Under the pieces are notes generated by a model. The model saw only the letters and a program-made list of their open reading frames with translations, ran no database searches and was not told the origin of the DNA. Below are positions 30,560 to 40,725 of a stretch of 63,265 nucleotides of DNA, piece by piece (the first letter of the stretch is position 1; each line of letters starts with the position of its first letter). The position numbers and the translations under genes are program-made. Origin of the DNA: Microbacterium sp. (GTDB lineage: Bacteria > Actinomycetota > Actinomycetes > Actinomycetales > Microbacteriaceae); contig DASUQB010000271.1 of the NCBI GenBank assembly GCA_036280835.1, forward strand, positions 1 to 63,265. The letters run 5' to 3'.

Positions 30560-31582
30560 TCAGCGCCGCGAGATCGTCGAACCGCGGATGACGAGCCGGA
30601 CCGGCAGGTGGTGGTTGCCGTCGCCGATGTCGATGCCGTCGATGGCGTCGAACACCCGCTGCGCGGCCTGGCGGCCGAGCTGCTTGAGGTTGGCGTCGAT
30701 GCTCGTGAGCTGCGGCCGGGAGTTCGTGGAGAGGATCTCCCAGTTGTCGTAGCCGATGATCGCCAGATCGTCCGGCACGCGGCGCCCGAGGTCCCGGGCG
30801 GAGTCCAGCGCCCCACGGGCGATCTGGTCGGAGCCGCAGAAGATGGCATCGACGTCGGGATGCCGCTCGAGCACCATCGCCGCGGCATCCCTGCCCCAGT
30901 GCTCCGACCACTCCGAGAACATCGGCTCGCCGACGATGTCCAGCCCCGCTGCCCCGAGGGCGGCGCGGGCGCCGGCCAGGCGGTCCTGCGCAGCCGCATA
31001 GGCCGGATCGCCGGAGATGTGGGCGATGCGCGTGCGGCCGCAGGCCAGCAGGTGCTCGATCGCCAGCCTGCCGCCCGAGTAGTTGTCGGGCGTCAGCGAG
31101 AGGTCGCGGGGATCATCCGACGGCGCATAGGCGTAGACGACGGGCACCGGGATGTCCTGACCGAGCGAAGGGCGGGGGTCGGTCTGGCGACCCACGACGA
31201 TGATGCCGTCGACCCGCCGGCTGAGGAGCGCCTTCAGGTGGTACTGCTCGCGGATCGCGTCGCCCCGCGCGTCGCAGAGGAACACGTTGACCTGGCCCGC
31301 GCCGAATGCGTCTTCGGCGCCCATCAGGATCGGGATCATGAAGCGGCCCTCGAGATCACTCGTGAGCAGCCCGACCGTGCCGGTGCGTCCTGCGAGCAGC
31401 CCGCGCGCCATCGCGTTGGGAGTGAACGAGAGTGCGTCGGCCGCGGCGAGCACCCGGGCCCGCGTGGCGGGCGCGACGTCGCCGCGCCCGTTGATCGCCT
31501 TGGAGGCGGTCGCTATCGACACCGCCGCCTCGCGAGCGACATCGCTCAGTGTGGCTGCGCGTGCTCCGCTGTCGCTGGGCAT
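30560..31582 (-). CDS. LacI family transcriptional regulator
   Basis: TLSDVAREAAVSIATASKA HTH; CGSDQIA. Confidence 0.95.
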   Translation of the reverse strand: MPSDSGARAATLSDVAREAAVSIATASKAINGRGDVAPATRARVLAAADALSFTPNAMARGLLAGRTGTVGLLTSDLEGRFMIPILMGAEDAFGAGQVNVFLCDARGDAIREQYHLKALLSRRVDGIIVVGRQTDPRPSLGQDIPVPVVYAYAPSDDPRDLSLTPDNYSGGRLAIEHLLACGRTRIAHISGDPAYAAAQDRLAGARAALGAAGLDIVGEPMFSEWSEHWGRDAAAMVLERHPDVDAIFCGSDQIARGALDSARDLGRRVPDDLAIIGYDNWEILSTNSRPQLTSIDANLKQLGRQAAQRVFDAIDGIDIGDGNHHLPVRLVIRGSTISRR

Positions 31583-31599
31583 CGGTGCCTTCCTCGTTT

Positions 31600-31679
31600 C
31601 GGAAACGTTATCGCTGAACCGTCTTGACCTGGCGGTGAGTCACACGATAGCTTCCCGAAAGGGATTTCGGGAATTTCGA
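31600..31679 (+). promoter_or_regulatory. Divergent promoter/operator region of the arabino-oligosaccharide ABC operon
   Basis: CGGAAACGTTATCG at 31600-31613; TTGACC at 31624 and TAGCTT at 31648; inverted repeat TTCCCGAAA-ggga-TTTCGGGAA at 31652-31673. Confidence 0.6.
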
Positions 31680-31758
31680 TATCCTGCCTTCACACCGCGG
31701 CCCGCAGCAGACCGAACCGTCTGCGCGCCGCACTCAAGGACGAGCAAGAGGAGACAGC

Positions 31759-33057
31759 ATGAACCCGCATCGAAGCCGGCGCGCACCCCTGCGTGCAGCG
31801 ACGGCGATCCTCGCCACCGGAGCGCTCATCGGCGGGCTCGCCGCCTGCTCGGGCGGTTCCACCCCGGCGCCGGAGGTCTCGATCGGCCCCGAGGGCGTCG
31901 ACGACGGATCCACCCTGACGCTCTGGACGCGGGCGCCCATGGAGGCCCAGGCCAACCTGCTCGTCGACGCCTACAACGAGTCGCACGAGAACCAGGTCGA
32001 GCTCACCGTCGTGCCCAACGACGATTACGTCGCCAAGGTCGGCGCCGCGGCCGGCTCGGACGGACTGCCCGACCTGTTCGCCGCAGACATCGTCTACGTC
32101 CCGAACTGGGTGCAGCAGGGACTCTTCGCCGACATCACCGAGCCGATCAGCGAGCTCGACTACGCGGCCGAGATCAACCAGGGCCACCTGTCCGCCGGCA
32201 CCTACGAGGACAAGGAGCACGTCCTCCCGTTCGTGCTCGACCTCTCGATGCTGATGTGGAACAAGGACCTGTTCGAGGAGGCCGGCCTCGACCCCGAGAA
32301 GGCGCCCGAGTCGCTCGAGGAGTTCGCCGCCGCCGCCAAGGCCGTGCAGGCTCTCGGCAAGGAGGGCGTGTCCGGCACGTCCACCGGTCTCAACTGCGGT
32401 GGATGCCTCGTCTTCACGTGGTTCCCGACCATCTGGGCCTCGGGCGAAGAGGTCATGAACGACGACGGCACCGAGTCGCTGCTCGCGAGCGACACCGCAC
32501 AGGAGGTCTACTCCACCTGGAAGGACCTCAGCGACTCGGGTGCCGTGGCGCCCGGATCCGACGAGGAGACCGGGGCCACGTGGGTCGCCGGATTCCAGGA
32601 GGGCAACGTCGGCGTCATGCCGTACCCGGCCACCCTGCTCTCCGCGCTCGACTTCGACGCCGGCGTCGCCGGCATCCCGGGCGTCGACGGCGGCGCATCG
32701 ACCTTCGTCGGAGGCGACGGCATCGGCATCTCGAAGGACTCGAAGCTCTCCGCACAGGCGTGGAACTTCCTCTCGTGGATGATGTCTGAGGAGGCCCAGG
32801 TGCAGGTGCTCGCGAAGAACGGCAACGCCGTCTCCCGCTCCGACCTCGCCGACAACGAGTACGCGGCGGCCGACCCGCGCCTCGTCACGATCAACGAGGT
32901 CGCGGCCGAGGGCCAGACGCCCGTCTCCCTCAACTTCCAGCAGGCGTTCAACGCCCCCGGAAGCCCGTGGATCACGCTGGTGCGCAACGCCGTGCTCGGC
33001 GACGGCGCATCGGTCGAGCCGGACAACGAAGAGATCACGGCGGTGCTCGGCCAGTAG
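31759..33057 (+). CDS. Sugar ABC transporter solute-binding lipoprotein
   Basis: Lipobox LAAC; family-1 solute-binding protein pattern. Confidence 0.93.
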   Translation: MNPHRSRRAPLRAATAILATGALIGGLAACSGGSTPAPEVSIGPEGVDDGSTLTLWTRAPMEAQANLLVDAYNESHENQVELTVVPNDDYVAKVGAAAGSDGLPDLFAADIVYVPNWVQQGLFADITEPISELDYAAEINQGHLSAGTYEDKEHVLPFVLDLSMLMWNKDLFEEAGLDPEKAPESLEEFAAAAKAVQALGKEGVSGTSTGLNCGGCLVFTWFPTIWASGEEVMNDDGTESLLASDTAQEVYSTWKDLSDSGAVAPGSDEETGATWVAGFQEGNVGVMPYPATLLSALDFDAGVAGIPGVDGGASTFVGGDGIGISKDSKLSAQAWNFLSWMMSEEAQVQVLAKNGNAVSRSDLADNEYAAADPRLVTINEVAAEGQTPVSLNFQQAFNAPGSPWITLVRNAVLGDGASVEPDNEEITAVLGQ

Positions 33058-33065
33058 CACCCCCA

Positions 33066-33095
33066 GGGGTGCGCTCCGTCCGCGGAGCGCACCCC
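33066..33095 (+). terminator. Intercistronic stem-loop after the solute-binding protein gene
   Basis: GGGGTGCGCTCCG-tccg-CGGAGCGCACCCC. Confidence 0.55.
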
Positions 33096-33170
33096 CGCCG
33101 ACGCCCCGGCGCCGGCGCACCCGGCATCCGACACCCCAACATCCTCTGACACCCGAACCGAAGGAGCGAC

Positions 33171-34106
33171 GTGGCCATCACCACGCCTCAGCGCCGCACG
33201 AACCGATCGCGCGGGAACCCGCAGCGCTCGCCGCGGCGCCGACAGCCGATGGGCGGCCCCCTGCAGGGGTGGGCCTACTCCGCCCCCACCGCTCTCTTCG
33301 TGGTCGGGCTGTTCCTGATCCCGCTGGTGCTCGTCGTGCAGATGTCGGCGTCGGACTGGCCGCTCCTGAGCGGAAACCAGGGCCTCAACTTCCCCCAGAA
33401 CTACGTGGACGCGGTGAACCTGCGCCTCTTCTGGGACGCCATCGGCTTCACGCTGCTCTACACCGTCATCACGACGGTGCTGCTGCTGGGCCTCGGCCTC
33501 GGCCTGGCGCTGCTCGTGCAGGAGTCGACCGCCTGGAAGGGCTTCCTCCGCACCTCGTTCCTCATCCCGAGCGCACTCGGGCTCGCCTCGGCCTCCCTGC
33601 TGTTCTACGTGCTCTACTCCCCCTTCGCCGGTCCGTTCGCCGACCTCATGGCGGCGTGGGGCATCACCTTCCTCGGCACGCCGGAGGGCGCCCTCTGGTC
33701 GACGGTGTTCCTCGTCGTGTGGCGTTACGCCGGCTTCTACATGCTGCTCATGCTCGTCGGACTGCAGGGCATCTCCGACGACGTCTTCGAGGCGGCCCGC
33801 ATCGACGGCGCGACCCGCTGGCAGACGTTCCGGCACATCACCGTGCCCCTGCTGCGCCCGACATTCGCCCTGACCACCGTGCTGTGCGTGACCGGCTCGC
33901 TGCTGGCGTTCGACCAGTTCTACATCCTGACCAAGGGCGGTCCCGACAACTCGACCATGACGATCGTGCAGCTGATCTACAACGTCGCGTTCCAGGGCCA
34001 GAACAACCTCGGCATCGCGGGCGCGCTCTCCGTCATGGTCCTGCTGGCGCTCATCGTCATCAACATCGCGCAGCTGCGCGCCTTCCGTCGCCCCGAGGAG
34101 TCCTGA
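33171..34106 (+). CDS. Carbohydrate ABC transporter permease
   Basis: TM segments; VFEAARIDGAT. Confidence 0.95.
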   Translation: MAITTPQRRTNRSRGNPQRSPRRRQPMGGPLQGWAYSAPTALFVVGLFLIPLVLVVQMSASDWPLLSGNQGLNFPQNYVDAVNLRLFWDAIGFTLLYTVITTVLLLGLGLGLALLVQESTAWKGFLRTSFLIPSALGLASASLLFYVLYSPFAGPFADLMAAWGITFLGTPEGALWSTVFLVVWRYAGFYMLLMLVGLQGISDDVFEAARIDGATRWQTFRHITVPLLRPTFALTTVLCVTGSLLAFDQFYILTKGGPDNSTMTIVQLIYNVAFQGQNNLGIAGALSVMVLLALIVINIAQLRAFRRPEES

Positions 34107-34108
34107 TC

Positions 34109-35011
34109 ATGGCCGTCACCGACACGACCTCGACCCGCACCATCGTGGCGCCGAACAGCAGGCCCGCCACGCGTCGCCGCCGCCGCAGTCCGCTCGGTCG
34201 CGTGGTGCTCGGCGTCCCGTACGGGATCTTCACGGCCGGGCTCGCGATCATCTTCCTCTACCCGCTGGTGTGGACCACGATCTCCTCTTTCGGGCCGCGC
34301 GCCGGCACGGCCCAGACCGACGGCTGGGGCTTCGGCAACTACGTCTCGCTGGCGAACTTCCAGGCCGGCATCTGGGTCTACCTCGGCAACTCGCTGTTCG
34401 TGTCTCTGCTGACGGTCGCGCTCACCCTGATCGTGTCGTTCTTCGGCGGCTACGCGTTCGCGCGCTTCTCCTTCCCCGGCAAGAACCTGCTGTTCCTGCT
34501 CGTTCTCGCGATCCTGATGGTGCCCTACGCCACGCTCCTGATCCCGCTCTACGTCATCCTCAACGCGATCGGGCTGAGCAACTCGCTCGTGGGCGTGGCG
34601 CTCGTGCTCACGATGTTCCAGCTCCCGTTCTCGATGTTCATGATGCGCATCTCGTTCGAGTCGATCCCGCGCGAGATGGACGAGGCAGCCCTGGTCGACG
34701 GCTGCAACAGCTTCTCCGTGCTTTGGCGCGTGCTGCTCCCGGCGGTGAAGCCCGGGCTCATCACGGTGGGACTCTTCGCGTTCCTCGCGGCCTGGAACGA
34801 CTTCATCGCGCCGCTCATCCTGATCAACGACACGAACCGGATGACGCTGCCGCTGGCCGTCGCCAACCTCCGCGGTCAGGTCATGGGCGTCATCGACTAC
34901 GGCGCCACCGAGGCGGGGGTCGTCGTGCTGGCGGTGCCGTGCATCGTGCTCTTCCTGGTGCTCCAGCGCCACTACGTCCGCGGTTTCATGACAGGAGCGT
35001 TCAAGGGATGA
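34109..35011 (+). CDS. Carbohydrate ABC transporter permease
   Basis: MAVTDT start; EMDEAALVDGC; GAFKG C-terminus. Confidence 0.93.
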   Translation: MAVTDTTSTRTIVAPNSRPATRRRRRSPLGRVVLGVPYGIFTAGLAIIFLYPLVWTTISSFGPRAGTAQTDGWGFGNYVSLANFQAGIWVYLGNSLFVSLLTVALTLIVSFFGGYAFARFSFPGKNLLFLLVLAILMVPYATLLIPLYVILNAIGLSNSLVGVALVLTMFQLPFSMFMMRISFESIPREMDEAALVDGCNSFSVLWRVLLPAVKPGLITVGLFAFLAAWNDFIAPLILINDTNRMTLPLAVANLRGQVMGVIDYGATEAGVVVLAVPCIVLFLVLQRHYVRGFMTGAFKG

Positions 35012-36939
35012 GCTCGCACACCATCACCACGACCTCCGCCCCCACGGCGGCGCCGGCCGTGCCGAGCACCGGGCGGCTGCGGCCGCTGGGCATCGACGCC
35101 GTGCGCATCACCGGCGGGTTCTGGGGGCGCCGGCAGAGCGTCAATGCCGCCGCGACGCTGCCGCACATCGGCGAGCGCCTCGAATCCGAGGGGTGGCTGC
35201 CCAACTTCGACCTCGCGGCATCCGGGGCACTCCCCCACGGCCGCCGCGGGCGCGAGTTCTCCGACTCCGAGATCTACAAGTACCTCGAGGCCCTCGCGTG
35301 GGAGATCGGCCGCACCGGAGACGCCTCCCACGAGGAGCGGTTCCGCGCGGTCGTCGCGCGGGTCTCCGCGGCCCAGGAGCCCGACGGCTACCTCAACACC
35401 CACTTCGGCCGCGAGGGCCAGGGCGCCCGGTGGTCCGACCTCGAGTGGGGGCACGAGCTCTACTGCCTGGGGCACCTCTTCCAGGCGGCGGTCGCCCGGG
35501 AGCGCACCCGCCCCGGCGCCGACGACCTGCTCGCCATCGCCCGCAGCGCCGCCGACCTCGTCTGCGCCGTCTTCGGCGAGGACGGCATCCAGAGCGTCTG
35601 CGGCCATCCCGAGATCGAGGTGGGCCTCGCGGAGCTCTCACGGGTCACGGGCGAGCCGCGGTACGCCCGGCAGGCGCGGCTCTTCGTCGATCGTCGAGGA
35701 ACGGGGTCGCTGGCCGACATCGAATGGGGGCGCTCGTACTACCAGGACGACGTGCCCGTGCGCGAGGCCGAGGTTCTGCGCGGGCACGCCGTGCGCGCGA
35801 ACTACCTCGCCGCCGGCGCCGTCGATGTCGCCGTCGACACCGGCGACGGGCCGCTGCTCGACGCCCTGCGCACTCAGTGGGCCAACACCGTCGCCCGGCG
35901 CACGTACATCACGGGCGGACAGGGCTCTCATCACCAGGACGAGGCCTTCGGCGAGGACTGGGAGCTGCCGTCCGACCGCGCCTACTCCGAGACCTGCGCG
36001 AGCATCGGCTCGATCATGTTCGCCTGGCGGCTGATGCTCGCCGACGGCGGGGCTCAGTACGCCGACCTCATCGAGCGCACGCTCTACAACGTCGTCGCCA
36101 CGTCGCCGGCGGCCGACGGGCGGTCGTTCTACTACGCCAACACCCTGCACCAGCGCGTCCCCGGCATCCCCGCCGACCCCGACGGCACGTCGCTGCGCGC
36201 GTCGTCGTCGCTGCGCGCGCCGTGGTTCGAGGTGTCGTGCTGCCCGACCAACGTCGCCCGCACCTTCGCCAGCCTCACGGCGTACGTCGCGACCACGGAC
36301 GACCAGGGGCTGCAGCTGCACCAGTACGCTGCCGCGGAGATCGACACGACCCTGCCCGACGGGCAGCGGGTGGCGCTGACCGTCGAGACGAACTACCCAG
36401 ACGACGGGGTGGTGCGCGTGATCGCGGGCCGATCGAGCCGGGCACCCTGGAGCCTCACGCTGCGCGTGCCGTCGTGGGCCGAGGGCGCGGTGCTCAGGGC
36501 GCCGGGCGAGGACGACCGTGTCGTCGCGCCGGGGACGGTCACCGTGCGCCGAGCCTTCGAGGAGGGCGACGTCGTCGAGCTGGACCTGCCGATGCAGCCT
36601 CGGTTCACGCATCCCGACCCCCGCATCGATGCCGTCCGGGGGTGCGTCGTCGTCGAGCGCGGCCCCGAGGTGTTCGCGCTGGAGTCGGTGGACAGCGCGG
36701 CGGCCGCGCTGGGCGAGGACGTGTCGGACCTGCGCATCGACGCCTCGGTTCCCCCGCACGAGACCGGCGGCCGCGTCTACGTGAGGGCGGTGCGAAGCAA
36801 CACGGGCTCGCATGCCTGGCCGTACGGCGGGGTGGATGTCGGGACGCCGTCCGCTCCCCAAGAGGTGCCGCTCGTGGCCTATCACGATTGGGCGGGCCGC
36901 GGCCCGTCGACGATGCGGGTGTGGATCCCGGCGAGCTGA
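35008..36939 (+). CDS. Intracellular GH127 beta-L-arabinofuranosidase (HypBA1-like)
   Basis: HELYCLGH, GHPEIE, GHAVRA, YSETCASIG and SCCPTN (Zn-Cys catalytic motifs); ATGA overlap with the permease. Confidence 0.92.
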   Translation: MSSHTITTTSAPTAAPAVPSTGRLRPLGIDAVRITGGFWGRRQSVNAAATLPHIGERLESEGWLPNFDLAASGALPHGRRGREFSDSEIYKYLEALAWEIGRTGDASHEERFRAVVARVSAAQEPDGYLNTHFGREGQGARWSDLEWGHELYCLGHLFQAAVARERTRPGADDLLAIARSAADLVCAVFGEDGIQSVCGHPEIEVGLAELSRVTGEPRYARQARLFVDRRGTGSLADIEWGRSYYQDDVPVREAEVLRGHAVRANYLAAGAVDVAVDTGDGPLLDALRTQWANTVARRTYITGGQGSHHQDEAFGEDWELPSDRAYSETCASIGSIMFAWRLMLADGGAQYADLIERTLYNVVATSPAADGRSFYYANTLHQRVPGIPADPDGTSLRASSSLRAPWFEVSCCPTNVARTFASLTAYVATTDDQGLQLHQYAAAEIDTTLPDGQRVALTVETNYPDDGVVRVIAGRSSRAPWSLTLRVPSWAEGAVLRAPGEDDRVVAPGTVTVRRAFEEGDVVELDLPMQPRFTHPDPRIDAVRGCVVVERGPEVFALESVDSAAAALGEDVSDLRIDASVPPHETGGRVYVRAVRSNTGSHAWPYGGVDVGTPSAPQEVPLVAYHDWAGRGPSTMRVWIPAS

Positions 36940-36975
36940 AGACGCTGAGCGCCGCCTCGCGCGAGCGCGGGGAAC

Positions 36976-37013
36976 GCGAGATGGCCCGGTCGAATCCGAC
37001 CGGGCCATCTCGC
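36976..37013. terminator. Bidirectional stem-loop between convergent genes
   Basis: 17-bp perfect stem GCGAGATGGCCCGGTCG-aatc-CGACCGGGCCATCTCGC. Confidence 0.7.
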
Positions 37014-37020
37014 TCGTCAC

Positions 37021-39954
37021 TCAGCCGCAGGCGCGGGCCGCGTACTCCCCGTCGATTGTGACGGCGACGGGCGCGCCCTCGACCGTCGCGGACGCCTGCA
37101 CCGACACCGTGCCCGTGGGCACGGACGCCTGCCTCGTCGAGAAGGCGTAAGCCGCGCTCTTGCCGGCGGCCAGGGAGGCGACCGACTTCTGGCCGTAGGC
37201 CGACGACACGTTCAGCGACACCGGCACGCCCTCGCCGTTCGAGGCCTGGACCGTGAGGACGGCCTTCCCCGCGACACAGCGCGTGTCGGCCACGACCGTC
37301 ACGTCGAGCGACGGCTCAGCCTCCTTCACGGTGCCCAGCCGCGCGAGCTGCAGGCTGAGGGCCCGTTCCGGTGCGTCGATCTGATTCTGCGTCCCCGCCG
37401 GGCGGGCGTCCGCCGCCTGCGCGTCGGCGAGCAGCTCCTCCAGCTCTGCCCACTCCCCCTCCGGGTAGTCGGCCTCGTTCAGCGTGCCGGCATAGGCGAT
37501 CGCGGCCTCCAGGTCGCTCTTGTCGAGCGGCAGGTTCTGCGAGGTCAGCGTGTCGCTCAGCAGGTAGTGGTCGAAGTCGACGTGCCCGCCCGCCTCCTGG
37601 GTCGCGTACGTGAACAGGCCCACCCGATGGCCCATGAAATGCGTGAGGCTTCCGTCGAGCGATTGAGGCCCGACGCGGTTGCCGAGCTTGTTCCAGGTGA
37701 CGCCGTCGACGCTGTAGTAGAACGTCGTCCAGAGCTGGCCGGTCGGGTTCGAGAACTCGAGGTCGGCCTTGAGGTGCACTTCGGTGGCCGAGCCGAGGCT
37801 CGCGGTCGTGCCGGGCAGGAACGACTCGATCGCCGCCTGGTCGATCGTCGTGGTGAAGGGCTGGGTGCGGTTCACCACACCCAAGGTGTTCACGCCGCCG
37901 ACGCGCTTGACCGCCACGTACGAGAAGCCGCGGTTGTATGCCGCGAGCCCCGCGACATCGCCGTTCTTCATGCCCGAGATGTCGAGCTTCGCCTCGGCGG
38001 ACTGACGCGGCCCGAAGGTGCGCTGTGAGAGCGTGTTGCGGGCCTCCTCGAGGTAGGCCGCCTCGTCGTCGTTCGCGAGCTTGAGGTGCTTCATGTTGCC
38101 CGTGAGCACCTTGTTCGTCGTGAGCCTCAGCCATCCGTCGCGGTCGGTGAGCGACCAGTACCGGTTGTCCGGCGCGTGGTTCCACTGCCACGGCAGCGCC
38201 AGGCGCGAGCCGTTGGGCGCGATCTCGTCCGGATGCGGCGCCTCGGTCGTCAGCGGACGGCCCTTGAGGGAGAGGTCGTCGACCGCAAAGTCCATGAGGT
38301 GCGTGTCGGGGGCGGTGGAGGGCGTCGCCGTCCACGGCGTCTCGACGAAGATCCGCATGGACGACAGGCTCTGCGAGGCCGGAACCGTGAAGCTGCCCGA
38401 GATCGTGGCCCACTGACCGCGGGTCGCGGTGACGCTCGCGAGGTTCGTGAAGGTGCTGCTGCCGTATCGCGCGGTGACGAAGAACTGCTTCGTCGCCGGG
38501 CTGTTCGGGTTGGTGTACTTCACCTTGGCCGAGATGTCGTAGGTGACGGAGTGCTGCACCTTGCCCGACACGTCCTGCGCGGGTCCCGACCCCGTCGTGG
38601 TGCGACCGGTGACCTGCAGTGCACCCGCGCCGGACGCGGCATCCGTCGACGGCGAGAGGGTCGCCGTGTCATTGACGATCCACCCGGTCGTGCCGTTCTC
38701 GAAGCCGGGGTTCGTGAGCAGCTCGACCCCGAGCAGCGACTGGTCGACACTCGGCGGCGCCGGGATGGTCCAGTCCTCGTCCATGTAGGCACGGTGGGGC
38801 GCGTCGTTCTCGAAGTCGTCCGAGACCACGATGCTCTTCTGCCGCTCGTAGAGCTCGTCCTCCGGGCTCAGCTCGATCGGCTTGGGGAAGGCGCCGTTGA
38901 CCGGCACCGAGCCGCTGTTGCCGAACGTCGGCCACCCGTCCGACCAGGTGGCCGGGATGAGCGCGGGAATGCGGCCGATCGGGAAGGTGTCCCGGAAGAA
39001 CATGCCCGACCAGTTCGTCGAGCCGTCCTCGGCTGCGATGGGGACGAGGCTGCCCTGCGCGAAGCCGTTGGAGTTGAGCACGCCCTTCGCCTCGTAGGGG
39101 TTACTGCCGTCGAAGGTCGCGTAGCGGCCGAGCAGCGTGTCGGACCGGAACAGAGCGACCTGGCGCCCCTGACCCGAGGGCCACGTGATGATGACGATGT
39201 AGTACTTGCCGTCGATGTACTGCACCTGGGCGCCCTCGAAGAGCCCGCCGATGAACGAGGAGCCCGGGTAGTCCGATGTGCGGAGGATCTGCGGGTACTC
39301 GGCGACGACCGTCTTGAGGTCGCTGCTCAGCTTCACGGCGCTCGTGGATCCGGAGCCGTAGAAGATGTAGGGCGTTCCGTCGAGATCGAAGAAGAGCGAG
39401 GGGTCGTGGTACGCCCGGCCGAGCGCGATGCGCTCCCACGAGCCGTTGTCGATGTCGTCGGTGACGTAGAGATACGACCCGCCGAGGTTGTTGGTGTTGA
39501 ACGCCACGTACCACTTGCCGTCGTGGTGCCGGATGGAGGAGGCCCACTGCCCCTGTCCGTAGGAGGACTGGCCGTTGCGCAGCGAGAACGAGTCGCTGAT
39601 GTCGGCGCGGTCGAAGACGTAGTTGACGATCTCCCAGTTGACGAGGTCGTACGACTTCATGATCGGCGCCCCCGGGCTGAGGTGCATCGTCGTGCTGATC
39701 ATGTAGTAGATGTCGCGGCCCTCGTCGTTCTCGGATGCCGGGATCCGTTCGACCGAGACGTCGGGGACGTCAGCGTTGATCAGGGGCACCGTGTAGGTGC
39801 CGTCGCCCTTGTCCGTCGAGGTGTAGCCGGAATCGGGCTGCCATTCCTCGGCGGCCTGGGCGGGGGGCGCGGCGACCAGGAGCGCTGCCGCGAGGGCGGC
39901 CGCGGTCACGACTCCCAGCTGTCGGCGCGCGCGGGTGGTGGATGACGGGGACAA
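37021..39954 (-). CDS. Secreted GH43 beta-xylosidase/arabinofuranosidase with an inserted CBM4_9/22-like module, a FIVAR-like helical segment and the RCVAGK domain
   Basis: ADVPDV, STTMHLSPG, YHDPSL, FEG and AQG motifs; WQWNH beta-sandwich; TTG start. Confidence 0.88.
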   Translation of the reverse strand: MSPSSTTRARRQLGVVTAAALAAALLVAAPPAQAAEEWQPDSGYTSTDKGDGTYTVPLINADVPDVSVERIPASENDEGRDIYYMISTTMHLSPGAPIMKSYDLVNWEIVNYVFDRADISDSFSLRNGQSSYGQGQWASSIRHHDGKWYVAFNTNNLGGSYLYVTDDIDNGSWERIALGRAYHDPSLFFDLDGTPYIFYGSGSTSAVKLSSDLKTVVAEYPQILRTSDYPGSSFIGGLFEGAQVQYIDGKYYIVIITWPSGQGRQVALFRSDTLLGRYATFDGSNPYEAKGVLNSNGFAQGSLVPIAAEDGSTNWSGMFFRDTFPIGRIPALIPATWSDGWPTFGNSGSVPVNGAFPKPIELSPEDELYERQKSIVVSDDFENDAPHRAYMDEDWTIPAPPSVDQSLLGVELLTNPGFENGTTGWIVNDTATLSPSTDAASGAGALQVTGRTTTGSGPAQDVSGKVQHSVTYDISAKVKYTNPNSPATKQFFVTARYGSSTFTNLASVTATRGQWATISGSFTVPASQSLSSMRIFVETPWTATPSTAPDTHLMDFAVDDLSLKGRPLTTEAPHPDEIAPNGSRLALPWQWNHAPDNRYWSLTDRDGWLRLTTNKVLTGNMKHLKLANDDEAAYLEEARNTLSQRTFGPRQSAEAKLDISGMKNGDVAGLAAYNRGFSYVAVKRVGGVNTLGVVNRTQPFTTTIDQAAIESFLPGTTASLGSATEVHLKADLEFSNPTGQLWTTFYYSVDGVTWNKLGNRVGPQSLDGSLTHFMGHRVGLFTYATQEAGGHVDFDHYLLSDTLTSQNLPLDKSDLEAAIAYAGTLNEADYPEGEWAELEELLADAQAADARPAGTQNQIDAPERALSLQLARLGTVKEAEPSLDVTVVADTRCVAGKAVLTVQASNGEGVPVSLNVSSAYGQKSVASLAAGKSAAYAFSTRQASVPTGTVSVQASATVEGAPVAVTIDGEYAARACG

Positions 39955-39989
39955 CGGTTCTCCTTCGTTGGAGGGTTCTGCAGGGGGTT

Positions 39990-40022
39990 CACGGGAGGGC
40001 GGCCCACGGCCGCCCTCCCGTG
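39990..40022 (-). terminator. Stem-loop after the WxL-like gene
   Basis: CACGGGAGGGCGGCC-cac-GGCCGCCCTCCCGTG. Confidence 0.55.
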
Positions 40023-40038
40023 GTGGGGTGGCGCGTCG

Positions 40039-40653
40039 CTAGGACGCGTCCTCCCACAGGGTGAGGGTGAGGGTGCCGGAGTAACTGCCGGGGGCGACAT
40101 CCTTCGGCGTCTTGAGCACGAGGTCGGCGTTGGCCTCCCACGTCCCGACGGCTCCGGCGGAATCCAGCGCGAGCGCCAGGAACTCCTCGGCCTCGAGCCC
40201 GACGTTGTTCGGCGCCTCGTCGAAGATCGTGCCGACCTCCGGGCCTTCCGCGACCTCGCCGTCGTTCTCGGTGAGCAGATGCGGCACCCAGCCGAGGTGC
40301 TCCGGACCGAGCTCGGGCACACCCGCCGCGGTCAGGGCCGAGGACTGACCGGTGACGTACCAGAACGCCGCGGCCGGGACTTCCTCGCGGTCATCCGACA
40401 CCGTGACGGTGGGCAGCACTCCGGTGAACTCGCGCAGGTCCTGGTCCGCGGAAGGAACCTCGGTGAGGTCCGCCGACCCCGGTGCGACGCTCATGGTGAG
40501 CGCCCCGACGGGCGGGATCGCCTCGATGTCGACGTTCACCTGAACGTCGTCGTCATCGAGCTCGTCCGCGACCGCCGCGCCGGCGGCGCCGAGCAGCAGC
40601 AGGCCGCCGAGGACGCCGGCCGCCGTGCGGACGAGCATGCCTTGCTTCTTCAT
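40039..40653 (-). CDS. Secreted WxL-like surface protein (copy 2)
   Basis: MKKQGML signal peptide; colinear paralog of 19856-20473; ends GSYSGTLTLTLWED. Confidence 0.6.
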   Translation of the reverse strand: MKKQGMLVRTAAGVLGGLLLLGAAGAAVADELDDDDVQVNVDIEAIPPVGALTMSVAPGSADLTEVPSADQDLREFTGVLPTVTVSDDREEVPAAAFWYVTGQSSALTAAGVPELGPEHLGWVPHLLTENDGEVAEGPEVGTIFDEAPNNVGLEAEEFLALALDSAGAVGTWEANADLVLKTPKDVAPGSYSGTLTLTLWEDAS

Positions 40654-40725
40654 GTGTTCTCCTGTTCCGGCGGGCGTCGTGCCGCGCCGTGGTCGTCGGC
40701 GACCGGGTGTCCGGCCGCGGGGTGC

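Noticed and set aside
9679-35011. ABC transporters lacking an ATPase gene
   Set aside because: Normal in Actinobacteria, where a shared MsiK-type ATPase encoded elsewhere serves many sugar importers
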